The position numbers were made by a program, and so were the translations under genes. A stretch of 64,000 bases of DNA from Gekko japonicus (lineage: Eukaryota): NCBI RefSeq assembly GCF_001447785.1, contig NW_015162029.1, positions 112,343-176,342 on the forward strand, read 5' to 3'. This document shows positions 1 through 11,790 of the stretch, one piece after another. The notes beneath the pieces are model-generated. The model worked only from the letters and a program-made list of their open reading frames with translations. It ran no database searches and was not told where the DNA came from. Every line of letters starts with the position of its first letter. Within the stretch, counting starts at the first letter, position 1.

Positions 1-2496
1 AAATGAATTTCAAAGAAATAGTATTAATTCAGCAAAAAGACTGGCTAACTATCTGAAAAATAGGAAGGAAAGACAAAGGGTAAAAAGTATAAAGGTAAAT
101 GGGCAAAAAACTCAACACCCTACAGAAATAATGGAGGAGTTCGAGTCTTTCTACAAAAAACTATACAAGAAGAGGGACACAGCAGACTTTGTAGAAGACG
201 TAAAAACAACATTGAAGGGGGATGATCAAGCTAATTTAGGAGAGGATATCACATTTCAAGAGATAAAGGATGTAATTAAAGAACTGAGAAAGGGCAAAAC
301 CCCTGGTCTAGACGGGTTTACAAGTGAATTTTATAAGGAAATGGTAGATATTCTAGCCCCAGAACTCCAAATGGTGTTTAATGAAATTTTGAGGGGGGGA
401 AAGGCCCCAGATTCATGGAGGCAAACAGAAATAATAGTAATTCTGAAACCACGTAAGTACCCTGAAGAGGTAGGATCATACAGACCCATAAGTCTCCTTA
501 ACCAAGACTATAAGATCTTTGCAAAAATTTTGGCAAATAGATTAAAGAAGACTATTCCTAATATAATAAAGGAAGACCAATACGGATGTGTAAAGGATAG
601 GAATATAGCCCACCCTATTAGAAATATAATAAATGTACTGCAACACACTCAACAAAAAAAGATAGGCCTTTTAAAATTGGATGTCTACAAAGTCTTTGAC
701 ACTCTCTCTGAGGAATATCCGTGGCAGATTATGAGAAAGTGTGAGATAAGAGACAATTACATAAGAGCAATTCAGGAGATATACAGAGATGGAAATGCAG
801 TGATAAAAGTTAACAGTGACCATTCACGAACCTTTCAGATCCAGAGAGGAGTTCGGCAGGGATGCCCGCTCTCACCGCTCCTATTTATTATAGTGATAGA
901 ACAGCTAGCCGAAAGGATAAGAAACTGTGTAAGGATAGAAGGTTATAAGGTGAAGAAGGAAGAAATGAAAATTAATCTATTTGCAGACGACATTATAGTT
1001 GTTATGACAAACCCTAAAGAAGCGATAAAAGAGGTAAAAATTATACTAGAGAACTTTGAAAACTGCTCAGGATTAAGGGTAAACATGGCTAAATCAGAAA
1101 TCAACGTGAATCAAGAGGAAAAAAAGAAATAAATAAAATTACAAGTATTGGAATGGGTACTAAAAGGTTTAACTATTTAGGTATAGTGTTACAAAAGAAG
1201 ATCGATAGAATTTCGGAAGTCAACTACAACATGATATGGAATAAAATAGAGAATGAAATGGAAAAGTGGAAAAATAAAACTTTAGGCATATCTACTAGAA
1301 TAAGGAGCGTTAAAATGTTCTGGGTGCCCAAATTAATATATCTATTTCAGGCGATACCATTAGGAACACATAGTAAAAGGCTAGAACAATGGAATAGAGC
1401 AATTAGAAAGTGGATATTTGGAAGCAAAAAACGCAGAACCCAAAAAAGGTTGGTACGTGGTCACAAAGTGGAGTTGGGTTGGGGGATCCCTGAGTTGAAT
1501 AGCTATTATGAAGCTTTCCAAATAACGTCATTATTAGAGATAGGTGAAAGTAGCGTGCAGAAATGGGTCAGATTTGAGAATGAGATCAATAATAACACAG
1601 GATGCTTTGGAATATTCTCCAAAGTTACAAAAAAAGACCTCCAATCAATTAAAGGCCCCAGACACACAGCGCTAGAATCTTGGAGTAAATGGCAGGCGTT
1701 ATGGTTAAGGAGAAACTCAAGATGGGCACCACTAGAGTCCATATACAGCGAAATAAGAGAAAACAAATGGAGGCATTTGTTAAGATCCAAAGGCTATTAT
1801 AGGTTGGGAGATATGTTTAGAGGAGGTAACCTAAAACCGGTACAGGAAATAGTAGACGAGGTAGGCAACCAACACTGGCTAAAAATAACAGGTCTTTATA
1901 GTATGGTTAAAAAAATCAATGAAAAGGAGAAAATTTGGATAGAGGAACCAATAGAAGAAATATATAAAGCAATACCAAAATCTAAACAAGGACTAGCAGG
2001 GAAAATCTATAGGAAAATTATATCAAATAAAGATAAGACAATATCTTACCTACAAAAAACTTGGACCAAAGAAGGACAGATATCAGAAAATATGGCAAGC
2101 AAAATAATGGAGGGAATAGAGGAAATTAAAGTGGTTAAATTTAATGACATGGAGCATAAGTTCTTTACAAAATGGTATAAAACACCAGCGCAATTAGCAA
2201 ATATGTTCCCAGGAATGAGCTCCAGATGCTGGCATTGTAAACAATCTAAGGGATGGTTTTCCCATATGTGGTGGGAATGCCCAGAGGTTAGTGCTTTTTG
2301 GACAGAAATATTACAAATTATAAGGAGAATCTGTAAAGTTTCACTGACTATAAACTATAAACTTCAATTTAATGCTATTGGGCACAAGAGGGAACCCAGC
2401 AGTAAGCAAGGGGAACAAGCTATATTTAAAGCCATGATACTAGCAAGCAAAGCAGTGATTGTTCTAGGCTGGAAGGACAAAACTAAGTGGACTGTC
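1..2496 (+). mobile_element. L1-clade LINE ORF2 (RT + C-terminal CCHC), 3'-truncated, one frameshift
   Basis: PGLDGF, YRPISLLN.DYKI, GVRQGCPLSP, LFADD, YLGI and CWHC..HMWWEC motifs; A-rich sense strand. Frame is open from position 2, shifts in the A-run near 1120, and has no 3'UTR or poly(A). Confidence 0.93.
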
Positions 2497-4414
2497 TGTT
2501 CTCCCCAACTTTGCCCAGATCAGCTTACTCCTCACTGACTTATTAAAAACAAAAGGGAAAGGTCCAGAAGCCACCAAGCCAGGTGCTAAGCTTCAGTGGA
2601 CGGAGGAATGCCAGGAGGCATTTGACCAACTTAAAGCGCTGTTCACGTCAGAACCGGTGCTTGCCCACCCTGATGAAAATAAAAAATTCATTGTCCAAGT
2701 TGACACATCAGACGTGGTGATGCGGGAGGCAATCCTGCAGGAGGGGGGCGATGGGTTGTTACACCTCCTGGCTTATGTCTCCCATAAGTTTAACGAGACC
2801 GAGAATTTTGGTGGCCTCTTATGCGCAAGGATTTATCTTTGTTTGTTCAGTCTTGCCAAACTTGTGTCATGTGTAAACCCCACCCCGGCAAGACCCCGGG
2901 ATTGCTGAAACCTCTCCTGACCCCGAGTCGGCCATGGGAGGTGATCTCTATGGACTTTATTACGGATTTAGTAAAACCATGACAGTCATTTGGGTGGTGG
3001 TTGACTTGTTTTCCAAACAAGCCCATTTTGTCCTGTTTGCGTCCTTGCCCACAGCCAACGCTCTGGCAAAAGCCTTTATGCGATACGTGGTGCGCCTCCA
3101 CACTCTTCCGAGCAAGATTATCTCCGACAGGGGGACGCAATTTGTTTCCAGGTTTTGGGGTGAATTATTAAAACTTATGGAGATTGAACGGGCCCTGAGT
3201 AGCGCTTATCATCCGGACACTGATGGACAGGCCGAACGAGTGAATCAGACTTTGGAACAATATTTACGTTGTTTCACTAACTAGCAGCAGGATGATTGGG
3301 TAGACTTACTTCCCCTGGCTGAATTTTATTATAACAGCACGTGTCACTCATCTATGGGAATGTCCCCATTCAAGGCGCTCTATGGATATGACAGTCCCCC
3401 ATTGCCCTTTCTCGAGGGAGTTACCTTGGGCCTAGGGGATGCTGCGCAGTGGTGTCAACAACTTCAGGACTCTTGGCTGTTATTGTGCAAAACTTTGGAA
3501 ATGGCCAAAGAGGCTTACAAGGCTCAGGCTGACAGGAAAAGGGTGGAGGGATGGGCTCTGGAGCCTGGGGACTCGGTGTATGTGTCGACAAAAAACATTA
3601 AGGTGTTGAGACCCAGCCGCAAACGGGGATGGAAATTCATTGGCCCATTTAAAGTCAGACGCCTGATCAATGACGTGGCTGTGTTGCTGGACCTACCTAA
3701 AAACATGCACAATATCCATTCTGTGTTTCATTTCAGCCTCCTGAAGCGTGATCCAGGCCCAAGCCCCTGGCGGCCAACAAAACCTGTACCCCCTCCTATC
3801 ATGGTGGAGGGCGAAGAACATTTTGAGATCTCAAAGATCCTGGACTCTAAAGTGAAACATGACAAACTGGTTTTTTTGGTGGAATGGTTGGATTTTGGGC
3901 CCCAGCACCGTGAATGGGTGGAAGTAGGGGATATTCGGACCCCTAGGCTCTTGCAAGAGTTTCACCGGGAGTTCCTGGAGAAACTGGAAGATATCCCAGG
4001 CTGACCGGGAGGTCTCCTGGGTAGGCCGGGAGATTGTTCTTTGGGTGGGCAGAATGTCAGCTATGCTGCCATATGTTTTATGGGCCCGGGTTCGGTTTCA
4101 TGACCTGTGTGCCAGTTGCTGCCGCATTCCTTTCTCTTTGCTTCTCCCCCTCGTTATCACTGACCTTGTAACCAGTCTGTGTAGTGTCCCAGCCTCGGCT
4201 CTAACTGCCTTGGTCCTCTTTCCTGTCCGCGGGAGTCAGGCCGATTGGCCCATAGGTGGTGGTGGGGGGTGCTTTCGAATACCCTATATATCTCTCAGCT
4301 TTCTATGATGTAGTAATTCCTAACGGTGCTTGTGTCTATGCTACCATACTGCTAACAATAAAGTAAAACCTTCAAAGAAGCATGTGCTCTGTTGTTTGAC
4401 TGTGGGTCCTGACA
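2497..4414 (+). mobile_element. Ty3/Gypsy chromovirus (sushi-like) remnant: RT connection/RNase H start, integrase, chromodomain, PPT, 3' LTR
   Basis: WTEECQEAFDQLK..PVLAHPD..DTSD; FWWP..CQTC; VVVDLFSK, SDRGTQF, YHPDTDGQAERVNQ; GPF; chromodomain EEHFEISKILDSK..FLVEW. Internal deletion near 2805, stop at 3282. Confidence 0.93.
4055..4414 (+). repeat. 3' LTR of the Gypsy element (360 bp)
   Basis: Ends TGTCAG...CTGACA (perfect 6-bp inverted repeat), preceded by purine-rich gggtgggcagaa; contains TATATA (~4285) and AATAAA (~4357). Confidence 0.88.
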
Positions 4415-5377
4415 TTGAGGCAGACTCAGCATGGGTTCTGTAAGGGAAGATCTTGTCTCACTAACCTGTTAGTGTTCTTTGAGGGAGTGAACAAACATGT
4501 GGACAAGGGGGACNNNNNNNNNNNNNNNNNNNNNNNNNNNNNNNNNNNNNNNNNNNNNNNNNNNNNNNNNNNNNNNNNNNNNNNNNNNNNNNNNNNNNNN
4601 NNNNNNNNNNNNNNNNNNNNNNNNNNNNNNNNNNNNNNNNNNNNNNNNNNNNNNNNNNNNNNNNNNNNNNNNNNNNNNNNNNNNNNNNNNNNNNNNNNNN
4701 NNNNNNNNNNNNNNNNNNNNNNNNNNNNNNNNNNNNNNNNNNNNNNNNNNNNNNNNNNNNNNNNNNNNNNNNNNNNNNNNNNNNNNNNNNNNNNNNNNNN
4801 NNNNNNNNNNNNNNNNNNNNNNNNNNNNNNNNNNNNNNNNNNNNNNNNNNNNNNNNNNNNNNNNNNNNNNNNNNNNNNNNNNNNNNNNNNNNNNNNNNNN
4901 NNNNNNNNNNNNNNNNNNNNNNNNNNNNNNNNNNNNNNNNNNNNNNNNNNNNNNNNNNNNNNNNNNNNNNNNNNNNNNNNNNNNNNNNNNNNNNNNNNNN
5001 NNNNNNNNNNNNNNNNNNNNNNNNNNNNNNNNNNNNNNNNNNNNNNNNNNNNNNNNNNNNNNNNNNNNNNNNNNNNNNNNNNNNNNNNNNNNNNNNNNNN
5101 NNNNNNNNNNNNNNNNNNNNNNNNNNNNNNNNNNNNNNNNNNNNNNNNNNNNNNNNNNNNNNNNNNNNNAAGGTATAGATAGGAACTCTCAGTCTGGGGC
5201 AAGTGATGCTCTGTCTTCTTGGTGCTTGGGGGGGGGCAACAGTGGGAGGGCTTCTAGTGTCCTGGCCCCACTGCTGGACCTCCTGATTGCACCTGGTATT
5301 TTTGGCCACTGTGTGACAGAGTGTTGGACTGGATGGGCCATTGGCCTGATCCAGCATTGGCTTCTCTTATGTTCTTA
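4415..5377 (+). mobile_element. CR1 LINE remnant spanning an assembly gap
   Basis: QHGFCKGRSCLTNLLVFFE..VDKG (CR1 RT) before the gap. After the gap is a CR1 3'UTR ending cttatgttctta, homologous to the minus-strand copy at 14791. Confidence 0.85.
4514..5169. other. Assembly gap (N run)
   Basis: 656 Ns. Confidence 1.
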
Positions 5378-5399
5378 CCCTCAGGGGCCTCAAAGAGTA

Positions 5400-5850
5400 G
5401 ATGGAACAAAAAATTAAAGGCACACACTCAGGCACAGGCTTCTATAGAGCTAAGCCCAAATTCATAACAGAGAGCCAATGATGAAATGCACCTAGGCAGC
5501 CTTCCCATTGCCCGAAGGAATGAGGACTGGACTCTGTTTAGTGATTCATCTACAACACATAACCATATAGGGACACCATACAAAAGTTGTGAGATCACCA
5601 CTGAGTTAAAAACTCTAGTAGCAGCTTAAATATACTGTGCCTCATTAGAGAAAAAGAAGTGTAATATTGCCTTCATAGTAGCAATAGATTTCTGCTTAGC
5701 CAGTTGTTTATGACCTCTCCAGGACAAAGTAGATTGAAATAAAACGGCCAAATATGTAAAAGAGGAAACTTGCAAAATCTTCCACCCATTAAGAATCCTT
5801 TTCTCTTTTTTTTTGGTCAAATGACAAGATACAAACTTAATAATTTTAGT
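5400..5850 (-). mobile_element. Degenerate non-LTR RT C-terminal fragment (RTE-X/Vingi-like)
   Basis: QVSSFTYLAVLF..LSW..AILHFFF..VFNSVVISQLLYGVPIW; similar to the fragment at 13480-13930. Confidence 0.6.
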
Positions 5851-6948
5851 TTTAGTAAAATTAATAGATCCTCATGCAGGCAATAAGTATGGAGCCTTTT
5901 TAGAGCCTGGAAGAGGCTGATCCGAATTTGAGAAAGTAAAACTGAGTTGGATGGCCATTAGCAAAGATGGCTTTAAAAGGCCAAATACTGGGCTCATAGT
6001 GAGGAGGGCTGTAGGCCTTCTTTGTATTCTTCTTATAGGTTTCTATGTGTCTATGTTTGGAAACAACAATCTGAACCAAATGGACTTGGTCCAATCTAAA
6101 AGAGTTGATCCTGTGTTCTATGTAGTGTTCCCAGGTCCATCAGTGTTCCAACCTTTTACTTCAGTTGGCCATCTTGCTTGCATTTCTCCTTTCATCTTAA
6201 GAAAGGAGCCTGAACTCCTTCCTTAGTTGCTCCTTGCATAATTTCCAAGCATATGCACTTCTCTGTCATAGAGGATGTACCACGTCTCCTCACCTCCAGT
6301 CTCCAAATATGGTATCTTTCTGGCAAGAGAATAACTTTTCAATAATTTTGTAAAAATCCAGTTTCTGATGTGTTTCCATATTATCATTTACCTTGATGAG
6401 TTATTGGTACTCGTGTTGCTGTTCATAATGTGCAGTCCAGAAAAAGGGCAGCTTTCTTCAAGTCTAAATGAGCCTCGTGCTAGTGCCTGGCAATCTTTTA
6501 GGAAACTGGATCATGAACTCCTCTTCCCCCTGGATTCTAAGGAGGTCTTCTCTAATAATAACAAGTTTTAACCTAAGGGTAAAGAGAAATTCAGGTCTCC
6601 TGTGTGCTAACACATTGTTCAGTAAACCAAAGTGCTGGAGTGGCCAGATGTTATTTTTATGGGATTTGTTTTGACTTGAAGCCAAAGTAAATTGGCTTCA
6701 CATCAAAGAATGATTTTCTGTCCAGAGAAGCATGAGACGAAAATTGTCAGACTACAGAAAATGATACTACTATTGACACAGCAGAATTGTCTAATAGCTG
6801 TGCTGTTATTACAGACATTCTGTGCATTTAAGAGATACTGTTGTGTATATTGTTTTTTAAATACTATTTTGTTGTAGATTTGTCAAAGTTGAAACAGATT
6901 CTTCTTTGAGAAAAAGGTGGATAACTTTTTTCCCCTTCCTATTTCCAG

Positions 6949-7010
6949 CTTTGGCTTTAAATATTGCTGCTGAAGAATTAAAGGAACAGAGCAAGATTCT
7001 GGTATCTCAG
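6949..7010 (+). CDS. B3GLCT: B3GLCT coding exon 2 (62 nt)
   Basis: Pyrimidine tract + ccAG acceptor, CAG|gtacta donor. Encodes (A)LALNIAAEELKEQSKILVSQ, resembling human AFGLASEDTKKEVKQSQ; phase 1 to phase 0 fits exon 3. Confidence 0.8.
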
Positions 7011-7299
7011 GTACTAAATTTTCTGTCCTTTCACAAAAGCACCAGCCTCTCTGAAGCAGAGCTGGCCCATAAATTTGAAGTCTTGTTGCACACAGACTTT
7101 CTTGAAATGAAGTGAAAATGTAGCTTCTCTGCTTGGTAGATTATGTCCCCTGTGTTAGGTTTTTGTAAGCTTTTTTGCTTTTCCTTAAAAAAAACTTCCA
7201 TTATAATACAGCTGCCCCTTCTTAAATTTTAGCAGTAGTTTTTTGTCTCTGCCCCATGGTTCCATTCCTGACTGCTCTGGTAATGTTACGGCAAGTTGG

Positions 7300-10200
7300 T
7301 CACATGAATGAGACAAGTGGGTCGTTATTTTTCCAGAGCCAGATATCCTGGAGTGAGAAGTAGCTGTACCATTGGACCCTCCTATGTTATTTCTCATATT
7401 CTAATATACTAATTACTGGAGGAGTGTTAGATGGAGCTTTGAGGAAATACGAACCATATTGCTTTTCTAACATAAGAACTAGCCTTCATTCCAGGGTTTA
7501 TAATTTAGGCACCATGTAATGTTTTGCCATTTCTTTCTAATCTCTGCTAAATAAGTTGAACTAAACTTGTGATGGTGTATTTGGTACAATCTAAACAGAG
7601 GGGACAAGCCCAGTCTCTCAAGCGATATCCGTTAAATGGATGGCATAACAAATAATCTGCTTCACACCCCCTCTGATCTAAACACAATGAATGGTGGAGC
7701 AAGTTGACTCCCAGTTTCCTGAATGAGCAAAATATGTATATGCAGGGCTCTAGTCGGGGGGGAGCTCTCAGGTACGGAGCTCCGGAAGAGAACCTCTAGG
7801 GGGCGGGGCGGTCACGTGGTGAAGCCCCGCCCCCTTCTTTACCCCGCCCTCTGCTTCGATCCTCATTCCGTTTGGGAATGAGGATGAAGCAGGAGGGTAA
7901 GTAGCCGGGCCTTCTGACACACTTCCGGTGATGTCAGGGGGTGTGGCCTTCTGTCACTTCCGGTGATGTCAGGGGGCGTGGCATATGCAAATAAGTTATG
8001 CTAATGAGTTATGCTAATGAGCTCCGGCAGCTCTTTTTCTACAACAAGACCCCTGTGTATATGCAAGAAGATACTCCCAGAGGTATTCAGGCCCCAAGGG
8101 GTATTACAAGTAGGAGATAGCACCTTGTACATAATGACTTTCAGCAGAACTGCATGTGTGTGTGGGAAGAAAGAGCAATTGGTTTCTCATTCCATCAGGA
8201 AAAACTTTGAAGAGAACTGCATCCGTTACATTTGGAGAAGCTCACAGACCAGTTGCAAAGGAAGAGAGCCATCAAAATGTGTGAGAACTACAGCTGAAGT
8301 CAAAACGTTTTTTGCTTCTCAGATACCCTTTGGTCCATTTTGCTTAGAGCAGTTCACATAAGCATAACCAACACATTAGATAGCTTTACCAAAAATAGGT
8401 AAGCATTTGTAGGAAAGAGCACAGTATGATACATACTTTGGTGTAGGTATTTGAAGGATCACATTCTCTTTGTCAAATGAGTTAATTAATCTTTAATCAA
8501 TAATATGGTCCACCTACGTGGCTGAGGATTTAAAGACTTCACCCTTACTTTGGCATGCCTTAGGTCTCTGTTTGTCAAAACATGTCTAAGACAGTATCCA
8601 GATTCTGAAGATTCTTCTTTATCTTTTCCTGTAACATTTAAATATCACTGGACACCAAGTTTAATCAAGGTCTCATCCCTGACGTTTTGAAATGTTGCAG
8701 ATGCAGAAGTAATGCCAGAGTGTTATCTTTTATAACAATTATCTGTGTGTATTGATAGTGAGGTATTTGAGAAGTGAAAGCTCAGTCTTGATTTGGAGGT
8801 AAAAATAACTGGATTTATAGTTGCTTTGAAACCTGTAGGAAATCCAAGCACAAAGTGCACTGTGTCACCTATTTTAATTACAGGCACCACAAGTGTTGTC
8901 TGTTCACTATGAGAAACAGGTGTCAGAACTCCAGTCTGCATGAAAGAGTCCAACTCACCTTCCCCAAGTGATCTGAAAGTACAAAGAAACACTTATGGTT
9001 TACAGTACTTAGGTTAGCAGTCAGATTTCACTGAAAGTTTCACTATTATATTGTTCATATTCTCCAGTTCCTCTTTGAATTGTTTAGAATATACAACCAG
9101 GATTCCTTTGGAGTTTCTTGTGATGAAAAAATTGTTTTAATCTGGCTTCAGTTTACTTAAAGCTGTTTAAATCAATTAAATGGTGCAGTAAGACTTTCCT
9201 TCCAGTTTTGTTGCTATACATAGTATCCCTTTTTGGCCCAAACGTACCTGTATTGTTTTTCAGTACTGTGAAACTTTCTAGACAGCATCTGAAAACAGAG
9301 ATTATTGTTGACATCACATTTCTGGTATCTGGCTCCATTATGGTATGAACACCTTCAGATTCAGAGTGTGAACGTAATGCCTTTCTTATTCTAGCTTCAA
9401 ATAGCACATTCAACACAGGCTTATGTTCACTACCACTTGAATTGTCTTCCTTTAAATTTTGTACTACAGACCCTCATCCTTTCTGATGCCCAGTTGTCAT
9501 GGCCACCTTCGTAGGTCTGTTGTAGATTGGTTGGCAGAGCAACAGGCCACTGCAATGTGTTCTTTCTTCTGGAATTGACTAGAAATAAGTTGGGTTGACC
9601 ATTCCCTCTTGGCATGTATACTCTGATCACAGTGTGTATGAGTCTGCCTTTCATAAGGCTTGGCTCAATTCTGACTGAGAAGATGAGTTTCCCAATTCAT
9701 GCCTTATTCTGGAATGGTCATTTTCAACAGGTTTCAAAGCACTTTGAATAGTAGTGTTGAGACAGTTATTAACCTTTTTTGTATCTGATATATAAACCAT
9801 CAACAAATCTTTCTCTCAAGGCATTATTTAATGTTTATCCGAATTAGCTGTATGCTTACATCTTCCTGAATGAAGTTACAAACTGCAGTTGACTCTCCAC
9901 TTGCTTGATGTTGCTGGTGGAATATGTAGCATCCAGCAATTATTAATGCAACAGGAGAAAAATGAGATCTCATAGATTCTGTAATGTCAGCATAAGCAGC
10001 ATAGCACCAGATACAAGTTTGGATTTTTTTGTTTCTAAGGAATGGAATACAGACTACAAATTGCTCAGACCATTCAATATATAGTACCCATGTTGCATTC
10101 ATTGAATCCCCCAATACTGCCCAGAAAAGTTACCATTGTTTGTTTAAGGTTTAATGTGTTTCTTTTGTGTCTTGGATTTCCATACCCTTCTAGGTAGTTT

Positions 10201-10420
10201 TTGCAAGTACAGACTGTTGTTTTTCTAGATTGCCACAAAATGGCTTCTTCAGTTAATTTCACTCTTGCAGCCAGAAATTGCTCCACTTTTTAGTTTCCCA
10301 TTTCCTATTGCCTTTTCCAGTTGTAAATATCTCATGCTTGTCTTTCATAAAGCCCAGTACACAAAACTGTAGTGGGTCAGAGGATCCTCATTGCCAGATG
10401 TTATATATTTGTCCCCATTT
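7300..10420 (-). mobile_element. Old, heavily decayed Ty3/Gypsy element (gag-PR-RT-RNase H) in intron 2
   Basis: Minus-strand remnants: tggcaatgag post-LTR motif (~10395), ALRERFVDGL gag-like, MEPDT protease-like, GVLTPVSHSE..VVPVIK..FKATINP RT start, TSAVVLTHFDGSLPLQLVCE. Boundaries approximate. Confidence 0.7.
7743..8055. mobile_element. hAT-type MITE (313 bp)
   Basis: CAGGG...CCCTG termini, perfect 8-bp TSD TGTATATG (7735-7742, 8056-8063); CpG-rich. Confidence 0.85.
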
Positions 10421-11750
10421 CTGCAGAAATGGTTGACCTCGTAGCAACCAAGCAGTTAGGGTAAGTTTGTCTCTTTTCCTGAACGGAGAATCAAAGAAAC
10501 GGGAATTAGAAATGAAGGAAGTGTAAGATTTTAAGGAACAGTGCACCACAATCAGTACACCAGAATCAAGTCAAATAGTAGGGACTGCAGTCTATTACTT
10601 GTACTTTCAAAAAGGGCCTTTGTCTTTTCTTGAGATGCTCCCATGTCTGTTTAATGGGAAACTGTTTTATATATCTGCATGAAGGAATATGAAAATCAAG
10701 AATCTACTGAGAGCCTCTGATTCAGGAGTGGGAAGGAAGGAGATTCATAAAAAGCCTAGATTTGACTCACAGATCATGTCTTGAGTATTATGGTTTAAAA
10801 GACAAGGGCTGGATTAGTTGCTCCATTAGGACTCCTCAAATGTTCAGAATTTATGTAGTGCTTTTTCCTAACTTGTGCATTTGGCATGTCCAGCCATTTT
10901 GTCACCACAGCCTCCTGGTAATCCTGGTGTGTACACTTCTTCAGGTTAAGGGCTGAATAGCAACAGATATTTTTACAACTTGGTTTCCTGGGGGATGGGG
11001 AGCATGAACTCTGCTCAAGTACAAAGCTTAAATTCTGACTCAAATATGTGAAAATAACATGAAATTACTGGGTTTTATTTCAGCATCTGCAGCAACCTTT
11101 TTGTATTTATTTAGACTGCCATGTAATTTGGATTTGAGGTGTTTTCCTAAGAGTAATATCCCCATAAATACTTTACTGTAGGTCACATATCAATGTGGCA
11201 CTTCAGTGAGGTGTTCTTTACATATTTATTTATTTTGTGTGGCATTTTGGTGTTTAGTCCAAACTAAGACAACAAAGACATTTAAAATAGTGAACTTAAT
11301 CCTAGTAACTGATTTCCTCCACTTAAAATGTTAATTTGTTTCTGTTCATTAGACAACAGCTCAATTAAGCTGGATGATCATGCAGTCTAGCAGATAATAA
11401 TGTGACCAGGAAAGTATCTGACTCAAGTCTGATTTTAGGGATAAACTTACTCAATAACATTAGGTAACCAACAATTCTCTTAGTTTCCGTCCCATCTGTA
11501 ATGTGAGATACCAGTACTGGCCTACCTCTTTTGTGAGGATTGATGAGAATGATGTGATGCGCTGTACATACTTGAAATGTTCTGCACTGCTAAATATTTA
11601 TTTGAAAGTAGGAACATGATTTTTGTACTAGTTATGGCTGCTTAGTGTCTTAAGTTGTGCTAAATCTATAGCATTTGATTCAGTGATTTAGCTGTGCTTG
11701 TACAATTACATTATTTGCATTGTCATATGGTGTTTGGTTTCTTACTACAG

Positions 11751-11790
11751 ACTTCTGAAAAAAATGGAAACTCACGTAAAGTAAGCAAAG
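11751..11790 (+). CDS. B3GLCT: B3GLCT coding exon 3 (40 nt)
   Basis: tacAG acceptor, AAG|gtaagt donor. TSEKNGNSRKVSK(E) vs human DLEKSGISRKNDI(D); 40 nt and phase match the neighbouring exons. Confidence 0.85.

Noticed and set aside
4415-5417. Long ORFs consisting mostly of X
   Set aside because: Artefacts of the N gap. The gap also looks too short for the missing CR1 sequence, so it may be mis-sized.
5880-6400. Possible antisense L1 ORF1 remnant
   Set aside because: Too degenerate to support from motifs alone.
6906-7115. 69-aa ORF as a standalone gene
   Set aside because: It is exon 2 read through into flanking intron.
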